DNA of 30,357 bases from Candidatus Poribacteria bacterium (GCA_046582655.1 JAYGDX010000039.1:1-30357), one strand, 5' to 3'; numbered from the stretch's first letter, positions 10,362 to 20,279 are shown. The notes: a model not told the origin generated them from the sequence alone. Made by a program: numbers and translations.

Positions 10362-11387
10362 ATGAAAAATAATAATCGTTGTGTGGTCTTTGTCTCGCTA
10401 ACTGGAGACCAACAAATCAAATGCTACAACTTGGACCTCGACTCGGGAACACTAGAGTTGTGGACAGCCAATAACGCCTATGGACCTTCGGGTGCACTCT
10501 GTTTGCACCCGTCTGGAAAAGTGATGTTAGTAGCTCATGTTGAATCCACGACATTGGCCAGTTTTCGTCTCGACACAAACACAGGCCAATTGGCACTTAT
10601 CAATAAAGTAGATACGAGCATCGGCATTCCGGCCCACCTGACTACAGACTGCACAGGTCGTTTCCTGCTTACCGCTTACTACGGAGATGGTGGGGTTACA
10701 GTACATCGGCTGGGTAACGATGGTACAATTGAGAAACTAGTGCAGTATATCGATACTGGCGAAAAGGCTCACGCCATTCACGCGGTGGATGGGGATCGCT
10801 TCGTCTTTGTGCCGCATGTCTGTCCGACCAATAAGACCTGCCAATTCCGCTTCGATAGTGAGTCTGGCCTGCTCACGGCCAATGATCCCGCCGAACTTGA
10901 GCCGCCTGACGATGAAACCGGCCCACGCCATATCTGTTTCCGGCCCCAAGGGGACGTCGCTTATATCGTCAACGAACAGGGCAACACAGTAACTGCTCAT
11001 CACTACGAGGCGAGAAATGGTACTCTTGAGATCTTCCAGAATATCTCGACTTTGCCATCGGACTATACAGGGGGCGGAGCCACTGCCCATGTAGAAGTAC
11101 ACCCAAAGGGGAAATGGGTTTATGCTTCCAACCGTGGTCACGACAGCATTGTGGGATTCAATATCGATACTGCTGGAACATTGAGTCCGTTCGGTCATTT
11201 TCCAGTTCCAGCCAGTCCCCGATCATTCAACATTGACCCAACGGGTCAATACCTGTACTGTGCTGGGGAGGGAGCCAACATAATGACCTCCTATCGTGTG
11301 GATGCGACGACCGGCGAGTTATATGCACTACAAGACTACGAAGTTGGACAACAACCGTTTTGGGTGATGGCAGCCAGACTGGATTAG
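10362..11387 (+). CDS. pgl: Lactonase, 7-bladed beta-propeller (6-phosphogluconolactonase / cycloisomerase 2 family)
   Basis: A.Y..G, AHAI, GPRHI.F.P, VNE, YASNRGHDSI and PRSFNIDPTG motifs. Confidence 0.9.
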   Translation: MKNNNRCVVFVSLTGDQQIKCYNLDLDSGTLELWTANNAYGPSGALCLHPSGKVMLVAHVESTTLASFRLDTNTGQLALINKVDTSIGIPAHLTTDCTGRFLLTAYYGDGGVTVHRLGNDGTIEKLVQYIDTGEKAHAIHAVDGDRFVFVPHVCPTNKTCQFRFDSESGLLTANDPAELEPPDDETGPRHICFRPQGDVAYIVNEQGNTVTAHHYEARNGTLEIFQNISTLPSDYTGGGATAHVEVHPKGKWVYASNRGHDSIVGFNIDTAGTLSPFGHFPVPASPRSFNIDPTGQYLYCAGEGANIMTSYRVDATTGELYALQDYEVGQQPFWVMAARLD

Positions 11388-11529
11388 TTGCATCAAGTAC
11401 CCATCAAATTGGAACAACGATTGGTTTGGAAAGGCAACCGACGCTGCAATATTTTGCAGTGAATCAGGGACGCTAAGAGGATCTGCCTCCCCACTAGGGC
11501 AATGCGATGGTGGTGCCGTCATCCTTGAT

Positions 11530-11945
11530 CGACCTGTTGAGCTTCGGTTAACTCAGAACTCCACTCCGGATAACTGATTTCGTAATGCTCACCGTCATCG
11601 TCATAATTCAGGTACTTGGGAATATATTGGTAAAGAACGCAGCATCTCGCTCTCTTTCCCTTCTAGGGCTGAGCATCATGGATAGTAACCTCGTTGAGAA
11701 TCATCAGATACCCTAGCCTTGACATTGACCTGATAAACAATATCTGTATCGAGTGTGTGCATACGAAGACCCTCAGGATAAGGGAAAGTGACTTTATGCC
11801 TGCCAGAAAGAAAGCGCAGTTTCCCAGGATTGACATCGGATAGGTAAACTGACAGGCAACTAAACCGCAACGCATCTGACCGTTCTGGTAAACGTAATAG
11901 GTCGATCCTGAGAACACAATAGTGCCCCCTCATAACATCATGTGC
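11530..11945 (-). pseudogene. Frameshifted C-terminal remnant of a PhyH-family dioxygenase
   Basis: Fragments across frames: YYVYQNGQMRCGL; YLSDVNPG...SGRHK..FPYPE; NEVTIHDAQP* (H-G-x-x-P-W position); CVLYQYS/PKYLNY; PEWSSELTEAQQ. Confidence 0.7.
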
Positions 11946-12134
11946 TTAACCGCTTCTAACTCCGCTTCGGTTTATGGCTGGAACGCGCGTCGGTTCTGAG
12001 TCTCACATCAACACCACTTGAACAAGAAATTCTTAGTAGGCCAGCGCTTCTCAGCGGACAAAGACTACATAGCGTTCCAGAATCGAATAGAACAGCTAGA
12101 GAAACAAAAATGTGGATACCTCCATAATTTCATA

Positions 12135-14045
12135 TTATAAGTAAAAAACATAAATTTGCCTAAGATCAAGAATCACGCCAATTGCCAACCAACTACCTCC
12201 TACGATGAAGTCTCCTAGGATTAATCCCCAGAAAAAGGGTAGCGCCGATTGGAAGGCTTTTAAACCACCCCGTTTTAGAATCGCCCATTTTAGTAACCAA
12301 CTAATCAAAACACAACTCCACAGATTATACATAGCCCAACTATCAGACAAAATATAACCGAGTGCGTGAAGAGGCCACCAGATTAATTTTGCCCGCAAAA
12401 TCATCAGCAAAAAGCCAACGATTCCACCAATTCCCATCGCAGAAATCGCCCCCAAATTTGGTGCCTGAGGCAAGGTAATATGTCGATGCAAAGTATTGAA
12501 TGGACTACTCCCATACCATCGTGTCAAATAGGATGAATTAGCACCAATTTTGTAATACGTCATCAACGTTGAAAGGAACGTTATAAAACAACTCGAGACA
12601 ACAGCCAAAAGCATTGCTATCATAAAACGTCGGCGGTCTGCATGAGCCTGATCAGCCATTTTGAATCCCTCAAGTTGGTGTGGCATTGGATGAGGGTTAA
12701 GATCCCCTGTCTCTGCCCATTTGAACATCATACTTGAAGCCAAATTTCTTGCACCCAGATTGCGGGATCCAAACATCAACGGAAGGTTTGTTCTACAGTC
12801 CATCCCCTCAAAATCGTGAACTGGAAGTCCCAATTCAACACGAATTCGGGTAATTGTGACAGCAATAACATAAAACAGAAGCAAATAGACAATTGCAAAC
12901 CATAACGACATTCCCATCCAAACACAAAAGAATATCATAAAGGTAAAACAAAGAAGTATCCCAATAACAGTTGTTCGATAAGACAAAGGCTCCAAAGCAT
13001 CTTTCTGGCTTGGCCCATGAATTGTTTGGATGATAACGTGTTTGAAATGCTGACGTCCGTTCCACAGATAAAAACTGAAAACAACTAGCATAGCACCAAA
13101 CATCTGCTGGTGAAAGTAAGGGAATCCTGAGCTTGTTCGGATTCCTGTCGCATTAATAACAACTAATTCGATTCGTGTCAACATATAGAAAAACCAAGCT
13201 GAAAAGCAGAGATCCAGTGGCATCATAAAGCCAAGGCCAATTATAAACGGATAGAATGATATCTTCATCGGCATAGCGGCACTCCAAGGTTTTTCAGCAA
13301 AAAAATGATCAATATGCTGGCGTTTAACCGGAACATAAGGTATCTGCGGAAAAAAGAAGTGCATACTGTTAATCAGCACGATCGTACCCGAAATAGCAAA
13401 TCCTATCCACATCAATCTGGATTGAAAGAAACCGGATTGAGGATTCATCATTGCTCCTGGCATCTGGATAACCGGAAAAGTAAGACGTTCATGATCAACC
13501 CACTGTTTTCGTAAAAGAGCGCTAATCAATACCATGGTACCGAAAAACACGGAAGAGAATGCTGTCCAGGCTAATATGGGCCAAGCCCAAACTCGAACAT
13601 ACTGGCTACTAAAGAAAGATGATTTACCTTCGTAATAATCTCGAAGTACCTGATAATCCCAAATTGTTAACCAATCAGGTAAATATTGCCAAATCAGTTG
13701 CTTCCATTCATTCTCAGGTGTTGCAAACCAGAAAGCATGTCCTGCAAGAGGAATAGCGGCAGCCAACATATTCCAGTTTGCTATTCCAGATGATATTGAC
13801 ATCATGATGTAAAGCGTAATGATTTCACCGTAATTTAGCGCGATCTTAGGGAACAGTTTTTGAAATGGCACATTTAAAATCCCAACGAAAAAAATAAGTA
13901 CAATAACCGTCGAAAATGGAACTGCATCGGTCGGCCACGCATACCATATTGATTCTAGCACAAGCGTCCAATGAGCATTCAACGACAAAAGAAATAAGCC
14001 GAGTATGAAGGCACGTAGACGGATTTCTTTAAACTGATTTCCCAT
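12135..14045 (-). CDS. Large polytopic membrane protein, DUF6785/DUF6784-like (putative transporter)
   Basis: 636 aa with many TM segments. W..P...W, LRKQWVDHERLTFP, R.RVELG.P.H, PMPHQLEGFK, WWPLHALGY and PFFWGLILGDF motifs. Confidence 0.8.
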   Translation of the reverse strand: MGNQFKEIRLRAFILGLFLLSLNAHWTLVLESIWYAWPTDAVPFSTVIVLIFFVGILNVPFQKLFPKIALNYGEIITLYIMMSISSGIANWNMLAAAIPLAGHAFWFATPENEWKQLIWQYLPDWLTIWDYQVLRDYYEGKSSFFSSQYVRVWAWPILAWTAFSSVFFGTMVLISALLRKQWVDHERLTFPVIQMPGAMMNPQSGFFQSRLMWIGFAISGTIVLINSMHFFFPQIPYVPVKRQHIDHFFAEKPWSAAMPMKISFYPFIIGLGFMMPLDLCFSAWFFYMLTRIELVVINATGIRTSSGFPYFHQQMFGAMLVVFSFYLWNGRQHFKHVIIQTIHGPSQKDALEPLSYRTTVIGILLCFTFMIFFCVWMGMSLWFAIVYLLLFYVIAVTITRIRVELGLPVHDFEGMDCRTNLPLMFGSRNLGARNLASSMMFKWAETGDLNPHPMPHQLEGFKMADQAHADRRRFMIAMLLAVVSSCFITFLSTLMTYYKIGANSSYLTRWYGSSPFNTLHRHITLPQAPNLGAISAMGIGGIVGFLLMILRAKLIWWPLHALGYILSDSWAMYNLWSCVLISWLLKWAILKRGGLKAFQSALPFFWGLILGDFIVGGSWLAIGVILDLRQIYVFYL

Positions 14046-14390
14046 TGATATCTTTAATATTCAATAACGCTTTATATCCAACACATTGCTTTCCTCCAGC
14101 ATAGCTAGGGAACAATTGGCGACGTATCCCACTAATATGAAGTCAGGAGCCTCATCAGACTAAGACAAACATAAGCTTTTTCCTATTTGATGGCATATGT
14201 GTACTCTTCCCCTGTGCCCTAACATCAAAAAATGATACGACCATACAAGATTGGAATTAATGAAAAGGTTAAGCTAGTTTAGCACATTTAGTAAGATATC
14301 AAACTGGTTGTTATCATAGGAAAAACGAGCGCGTAACGAGGTCACATCTTTCTGAGAAAACATTTGGATATTTATAAAGAATTACTCTTA

Positions 14391-14404
14391 ATGCGAGAGG
14401 TCTA
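14391..14404 (+). repeat. Orphan copy of the IS5/MITE terminal inverted repeat
   Basis: ATGCGAGAGGTCTA matches the MITE right end ATGCAAGAGGTCTA at 13 of 14 positions. No partner IR was seen nearby. Confidence 0.55.
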
Positions 14405-14728
14405 ATAGTTTAATAGATGTTAAATGTAATAAGCATTTTGAAGTTCAGCATGTAGATAATGGACTTGTCAGAAGGGAATCTGATACTAATAGAATTAAAT
14501 CATTCTGGAGTTATGCTAAAATTAGATTTGTTAAGTTTCATGGTATCAAAAGCAAATTTCAATTTACACATATAAAGAGTCTAAATTTAGATTCAATTAT
14601 CAGAACAAGATTTTAACAGCTAGAAATTCTAGATTGGGATTCACAGTTTAATCACCTAGTTGCTCTTAGCTAAGATTGGAGATGAAGCATGGTTAGGTGA
14701 ATCACTGTTAATGGATTACAGAGGGAAG

Positions 14729-15934
14729 ATGTTAGAGAATAAAGATAGATCTAAGCCAAATATCGTCTGGATCATGGCAAACGATATGGGCTATGGCGAT
14801 TTGACTTACTCATTCGCCCTCTGCAGTTTGCACCCCGACCCGATAGGGAGCCTCAATTGATCGTTACTGCTGGCAATCACGGTAAAAACAGGGGGTACTG
14901 AGGCCGTTTGACCAGACGCTGATTGAAGATGGATGCTTCACTGTGCCTGCTCCGTTCAAAGAACATGGTACCATACAGCCTGTGTCGGCAAATGGCATCT
15001 CGACTGGAATTGGAGGAAAGCAGATGGCACAGTGCCCGAACCTGGCAGCACTAGAGAAGATATAGATTTCAGCTAGCCGATTGGAAGAGGACCCACAACC
15101 CGTGTTTTCGATTACTACTTTGGAACGGCTATTCCCAATTACTCTCCCTATTGTTATATCGAAAATGACCGGTCGGTCGGCACTTCAACCAGGTCCAATC
15201 CAGACGCCATGTTTGGTAATCTTAGCCTGATGCTCGAAGGTTGGGATCTGGTTCAAATTCTACCTGATCTAACCAGTCGGGCAGTTGAATACATCAACAC
15301 CCAATCCAAAAACGAATGTAGGTCTCCATTCTTCCTGTATTTCCCGCTAACCGGTCCCCCACACGCCAATTGTGCCTGCCCCTGAATTCATCGGCAAAAG
15401 TCAGGTGAGCGCTCATGGCGATTTCGTCCATCAAATTGAAGGTTTGGTCATATCCAAGCTACATTTATTATGGAATCAAAGCCGACATCTGGGATGGTGG
15501 ACACCAAATCCCATTTGTGGCACGGTGGCCAGCGATGATTCCTGCCGGTACAATCAGTCAAGAGCCAATTTTCCTGACAGATCTGATAGGAACAGTAGCA
15601 AAGATTCTTGGCTTTGACCTGCCTGGAAATGCAGGTGAAGATAGCCACAATATTCTTCTAGCTTTGTACTAAGGAAAATTGTCCAAACCGATTCGGGAAG
15701 CAATCATACATCATTCCATTGGGGCATCTTTGCCATTCGGCAGGATAAATAGAAGATGATTCAGGGAATAGGTTCAGGAGGCTGGACCAATCGAGGAAGT
15801 GCTCGGCCAACTCTACAATATGGACGGCGGCCCGCAGAAAGAGGAAAACCTGTGGAATCAACACCTAGGGATTGTCAAACGACAAAGGCATTACTGAAAA
15901 ATACCAGATAGACGGTCGGAGTACGCCAATCTGA
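14729..15934 (+). pseudogene. Degraded arylsulfatase (S1 family) with stops, frameshifts and internal deletions
   Basis: KPNIVWIMANDMGYGDL; HSPSAVCTPTR*; TACVGKWHL; FDYYFG; PFFLYFPLTGPHTPIVP; GDFVHQ; GIKADIWDGGHQIPFVARWP; QLYN...ENLW; KYQIDGRSTPI*. Confidence 0.92.
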
Positions 15935-16007
15935 TTTTTCACCACCGCTTGGCCCTGTTGATCCACCTAATATTCCCCTATATTTTCTGACAACAAGTAG
16001 ATTGCTT

Positions 16008-16934
16008 TTATCTACCAGCCTCTACTTGGCTGATAAGGGATTTGATATTGGAAAAGTTGATTCGCATTGTGTCCGCTCCGTCTGCATCAGGCAGAGTAAA
16101 GTGAGTTGCTACTGCAAAAACTGCATCAGTGCAGTGATCGCGGAGATTACGTAGCACGGTCAGGTAGTCGACATCCCCTTCACCAATGGGACAGTACTCA
16201 AAATTGAGGTTCAGGCCATTAATGACACGCAGATCCTTGACATGAAGCGAATGAAGAAAGGGACGGACGTTAATGAAGCCCGCCGTCGCCGAGTCTGACT
16301 CACCAGAGGTTAGATTGTCAGACGGATGCCACATAATCTTGATTCTCTTTGAACCAAGTTGCTCAATCAATTGCCGACAATGGCTGGTTGTGTTGGTGTA
16401 ATGCCAAGGCAAATTCCCAAGGATAATGTTGATATTATATTTCTCAGCCTGCTCCACTACCAGTGAGAAAACTTTGAGTAACTTCTCCATGTCGACATTG
16501 GCAATGACACCACCACGTGTCAGCCAACGCATCGGCCAAGTTGGCTTACCTGCTGAGTATTCACCAGGCCAAGCGAATGTGTATACCAAAACCGAATCCA
16601 CCTCGAGTCGGTTAGCAGCCTGCATGGTCTGAATGAGGCGGTTAAAATCCCGTCGAAATTCTGGCTGATCTGGTAGCGTTTCCAGTACCAAGTCAGCCAA
16701 GTGGATTTTACTAAAGGCACCTCCTGCACCGATTAAAAACAGTTTAACTCCATGCCGAGCGGCTAACTCACCTATCCCATTAATTGTAGCGTCAGTTACT
16801 TCACTGACAGCCCAGTGCAGATCGCCAAACCATCCGTACTTTGCACCGAGTTCCTCCGCCAAAGACAAAGCCCCATTCAGAGGCAAGCCTGTCATTTGAA
16901 GGTCCATTCCAAGTTTGAAGCGGTAGTTAGACAC
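16008..16934 (-). CDS. Sugar phosphate isomerase/epimerase family (xylose isomerase-like TIM barrel)
   Basis: 308 aa; ALSLAEELG, AEKYNI, WHPSDN, LHVKD and IGEGDVDY..V...L motifs. The usual EN and E metal ligands appear as GN and ATH. Confidence 0.8.
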   Translation of the reverse strand: MSNYRFKLGMDLQMTGLPLNGALSLAEELGAKYGWFGDLHWAVSEVTDATINGIGELAARHGVKLFLIGAGGAFSKIHLADLVLETLPDQPEFRRDFNRLIQTMQAANRLEVDSVLVYTFAWPGEYSAGKPTWPMRWLTRGGVIANVDMEKLLKVFSLVVEQAEKYNINIILGNLPWHYTNTTSHCRQLIEQLGSKRIKIMWHPSDNLTSGESDSATAGFINVRPFLHSLHVKDLRVINGLNLNFEYCPIGEGDVDYLTVLRNLRDHCTDAVFAVATHFTLPDADGADTMRINFSNIKSLISQVEAGR

Positions 16935-17071
16935 CAGCTATCATCCCCATATTTAGGTAGATTTTTATCAACTCCACTGCCAGCAGCGTAGCCGATGGCA
17001 ATCACAGTAATTAATTCGACAATAAAAAAAGAAAGTATTTCTGTAATTATTCATTGTTAGATATAACCAAA

Positions 17072-17380
17072 TCAAGATTTGCCCCTAGATGCTATCCATA
17101 TCCGAATTAACACATATGATGGGATGAACAACCAGGGGAAAACATATTCCAATCGGCCTACGTCTTCTGTTAGGATTGGTAACCCGATCCAAACCAAGAC
17201 ACCAATATAAAATGACCACATGATTGCGCCTCGAGTCATTTTCCCTCCGCATTGTTTGCAGGTAAAAGAAAACCACTTTTCCTGGGGTCTGGTATGCGCC
17301 TTGCATGGTTGGCACCAAGGTCTTTTATAGTCCCGATTGATCATTATATTCATAGCATTGATGTGGGTATCACCGCGCAA
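17072..17380 (-). CDS. Small hypothetical membrane protein with zinc-ribbon (CxxC-x14-CxxC)
   Basis: WCQPCKAHT...CKQCGGKM followed by two hydrophobic segments; start uncertain. Confidence 0.5.
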   Translation of the reverse strand: MRGDTHINAMNIMINRDYKRPWCQPCKAHTRPQEKWFSFTCKQCGGKMTRGAIMWSFYIGVLVWIGLPILTEDVGRLEYVFPWLFIPSYVLIRIWIASRGKS

Positions 17381-17743
17381 AATCGCCTTTTCTTAGACTT
17401 TAATGGCAGACATTATTTCCATTAACATTAAACCTCGACTTTTAGTCATTTTCGCAATTTTGACAAACAGGCTATCAATTTACTAACTTTTGATACATCC
17501 CATGTCAGTGCGAATTTGTCTCGCACTAAGACTGCCTACGGTTCACCTTTTAACGTCGACCGCTGTCATTTGGCAGTTGGATTGAGCCAATACAGCGCCA
17601 CACCTTCAACCGATAAAAAACTATAGAAACGATGACAGGTAGTTTTTTTTTACTATAACGCTTCGAATAAGAATACTCATTGGATTCTCACCTCTGTACA
17701 TTGTTATTTTCACTTCAATGTGTGTGAAATTTCAGAGAGATTC

Positions 17744-18577
17744 TTAATTACTAATTTTAATCTCAGCCCATTTTATTGCTAGCTTACTATGTGATGTCAC
17801 AGAATATGGCAAACTTTCAGATTGTATATGAATATCATCAATGACCACTTTGACTGCCTGGTCAGCAGTGAGGTAAATGCTCCACCAAGGAAACTTGCCT
17901 AGATCCGAATTAGAATGGACATCTGCTTTGTGCCATTCTGTCTTTTTTCCTGGATCTATAGTGATAGACATCTGGTGAGCTTTGTTATTCCATATCAATC
18001 TGAAAGTTCTTAACATGTTGGTATTCTCTGGAATATCATTGTAAGCGAAAGCTTTCCAACCGCCAAAACCCCCAAAGGATCCAGAGCCGAAATAGGTCTT
18101 AGGTCCCCAGTTATGCTGATGGCTCGGAGAAACACCAAATACCCAATTAGTACCCTTCCAGTTAGGTTCTTGATCAGTACATAAAACACCGAACCAACCG
18201 CCAGCCTTGGACAACTCAGCTACTTTAACTGTGAATTGTATGCCAATTATATCTTTCTCTTCCCAACCAAACCCTAATTTAAATCCCGGATCCCTTCCAC
18301 CCGGAGCATTAACTTTGAATAAAAGCATCCCGTTTTCAACTGCCATCTTCAATCGTGCTTCCGGCACGTAACGAATCCATTTTTTACCAAACTTGACCTC
18401 TCCCGGTTGTTGATCAACAGCATCAAACCCTTGGGAAAAGTCATCGTACGGTTTCCATTTTTCTGCATCTCCTGTTACAACCGCGAACATAACAAGAAAT
18501 AATGTTACTACTATTGATATCAGATCAGACACTTCTGTTAATTCATCATTGGATCTATGCCTTTTGTTATTGAGCAT
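17744..18577 (-). CDS. Secreted beta-rich (lectin/LamG-like) protein with Poribacteria-type C-terminal motif
   Basis: Hydrophobic N-terminal segment (LISIVVTLFLVMFAVVTGDA), DDFS start, V.IDDI.I end and C-terminus SVTSHSKLAIKWAEIK. ATG at 18577 has GAGG upstream. Confidence 0.75.
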   Translation of the reverse strand: MLNNKRHRSNDELTEVSDLISIVVTLFLVMFAVVTGDAEKWKPYDDFSQGFDAVDQQPGEVKFGKKWIRYVPEARLKMAVENGMLLFKVNAPGGRDPGFKLGFGWEEKDIIGIQFTVKVAELSKAGGWFGVLCTDQEPNWKGTNWVFGVSPSHQHNWGPKTYFGSGSFGGFGGWKAFAYNDIPENTNMLRTFRLIWNNKAHQMSITIDPGKKTEWHKADVHSNSDLGKFPWWSIYLTADQAVKVVIDDIHIQSESLPYSVTSHSKLAIKWAEIKISN

Positions 18578-18620
18578 TATCTTCCACCTCACATTTTCCT
18601 AATGCACGCACCGAGTTAAA

Positions 18621-18744
18621 TAGACCTCTTGCATAAGTAGTAAAACTCACCAGAATTCTATAGCCGAGAGGCACCTAAATTCATTGAATACGTGGGCTTA
18701 AAAATATCCGAACTTTTATTTCTTTGACTTATGCAAGAGGTCTA
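18621..18744. mobile_element. 124-bp MITE with perfect 18-bp terminal inverted repeats
   Basis: TAGACCTCTTGCATAAGT (18621-18638) and ACTTATGCAAGAGGTCTA (18727-18744) are exact reverse complements. Too short to encode a transposase; the outer 13 bp are identical to the IS end at 297-309. Confidence 0.9.
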
Positions 18745-18758
18745 ATATAGTATGGCAT

Positions 18759-20207
18759 TTAATGCCGACGAAAAACGGGATCCTCGCCTGGAACTGGAGA
18801 ATTGTCAAATGCACCTCGCTGACGTACTACCATTTCTCCACCATTCTCGAAAATCCTTGATCTCTGATCCTCTTTAACTATTGCATCAACTGCTTCAGGA
18901 TCAACAATATTGCGAAGTTCTCTATCAAAATTTTGGAGTATCTCTTGGTACTCAGGTAGATTCGACAGATCTTGCTTCTCCTCTGGATCAACCTGTAAAT
19001 CAAAGAGTTGTGTGGGGTCATCAACATAGTAAATATATTTGTATCTCCTATCACGAAGCATGTAGATAGCATTCTCTGAGCCAACTGCATGGTATTCGCT
19101 AAAAGCAAACCGATCTTGGTTGGATGCTTGGGAAATTTCCCAAATAGATTTACCTGGTAGATCCCCGTCTTCCTCAACCAGATGCCCACCAACAGCCTCT
19201 ATAATGGATGGGAAACAATCTACCAAAGAGATAGGGGTCTCAACCACTTTGTTCTTTGGAACGTCGGCACCAGCCACGATAAAAGGAATAGCAACCGACT
19301 CATCATACATAGTAAACTTTCCAAACAAACCACGTGCACCAAGCGATTCCCCGTGGTCAGAAGTATAAATAATTCGGCTGGTATCAAGGAGATGACATTC
19401 TTCCATAGTTTGCAAAACCCGACCAATCTGTTGATCCAAATAGGTGCACACACCGTAATAGGCTGTAAGAAAATTTCGCAGTGGTTCCTCATCAAAAAGA
19501 TCAGAGTAAGCAAAAAAATCACGAAATCGCTCAATGGCAGGATGATCCGGCCATTCATCTGTGTGCCACTGAGCAGGAAACGGGATCTGATCCATCGCAT
19601 AAAGCTGATAAAATTCTGCCGGAGAAATATATGGAGGGTGAGGACAAACAAAAGACAGAAAGAGTACCCAAGGGGTCTGGTCGTTTTTTCGTTCAGCCAG
19701 CCATTGACAAGCTTGATTAGTATTGCTGGCATCATATTGCAGATAAGTCGAATCACCAGTTCCCGCGTTATCAATTTCTCCTCGTTTATCGCGGGTAGGG
19801 GGATTGTCCCGAATACAGCTTAATACATCACCATGCCCATCCACTACATACAACGGATCTATCTCCTGACAAAACCCGTTATCATCATGTGATCCACGGA
19901 AATGTAACTTGCCGATGGAGTCAACTTGATAATTCTGCTGTTTTAAACGGTGACCCCAACTGTCGATACAACCATCATATGGAAACGCATTATCCCAGTA
20001 CCGAATTTGATGTATATAACGGCCAGTTGCTAGAGATGCGCGAGCCGGGACGCAAATAGGACAGTTGGTATAAGCATTAGTGAACGTAGTACCACGTTCG
20101 GCAAGCTGATCAAGATTAGGTGTTTGTATGATGGAATTTCCGTAGGCACCAATGATATCCCGATTATGTTGATCCGATAAAATGAAAATGAGATTCTTGG
20201 GTTCCAT
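18759..20207 (-). CDS. Formylglycine-dependent sulfatase (choline-sulfatase-like), cytoplasmic
   Basis: NLIFILSDQH, TPNLD.LA, CVPARAS (CxPxR), GKLH, PHPP, YTSDHGE, GKFTMYDES..IP and QLFDL..DP.E motifs. Confidence 0.95.
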   Translation of the reverse strand: MEPKNLIFILSDQHNRDIIGAYGNSIIQTPNLDQLAERGTTFTNAYTNCPICVPARASLATGRYIHQIRYWDNAFPYDGCIDSWGHRLKQQNYQVDSIGKLHFRGSHDDNGFCQEIDPLYVVDGHGDVLSCIRDNPPTRDKRGEIDNAGTGDSTYLQYDASNTNQACQWLAERKNDQTPWVLFLSFVCPHPPYISPAEFYQLYAMDQIPFPAQWHTDEWPDHPAIERFRDFFAYSDLFDEEPLRNFLTAYYGVCTYLDQQIGRVLQTMEECHLLDTSRIIYTSDHGESLGARGLFGKFTMYDESVAIPFIVAGADVPKNKVVETPISLVDCFPSIIEAVGGHLVEEDGDLPGKSIWEISQASNQDRFAFSEYHAVGSENAIYMLRDRRYKYIYYVDDPTQLFDLQVDPEEKQDLSNLPEYQEILQNFDRELRNIVDPEAVDAIVKEDQRSRIFENGGEMVVRQRGAFDNSPVPGEDPVFRRH

Positions 20208-20279
20208 AGTAGTATCATTTTTTTTGATCTAAGCATACCAGATCAAGGAAGGTTTGATCCTTTCAGGGCATGAGAATTC

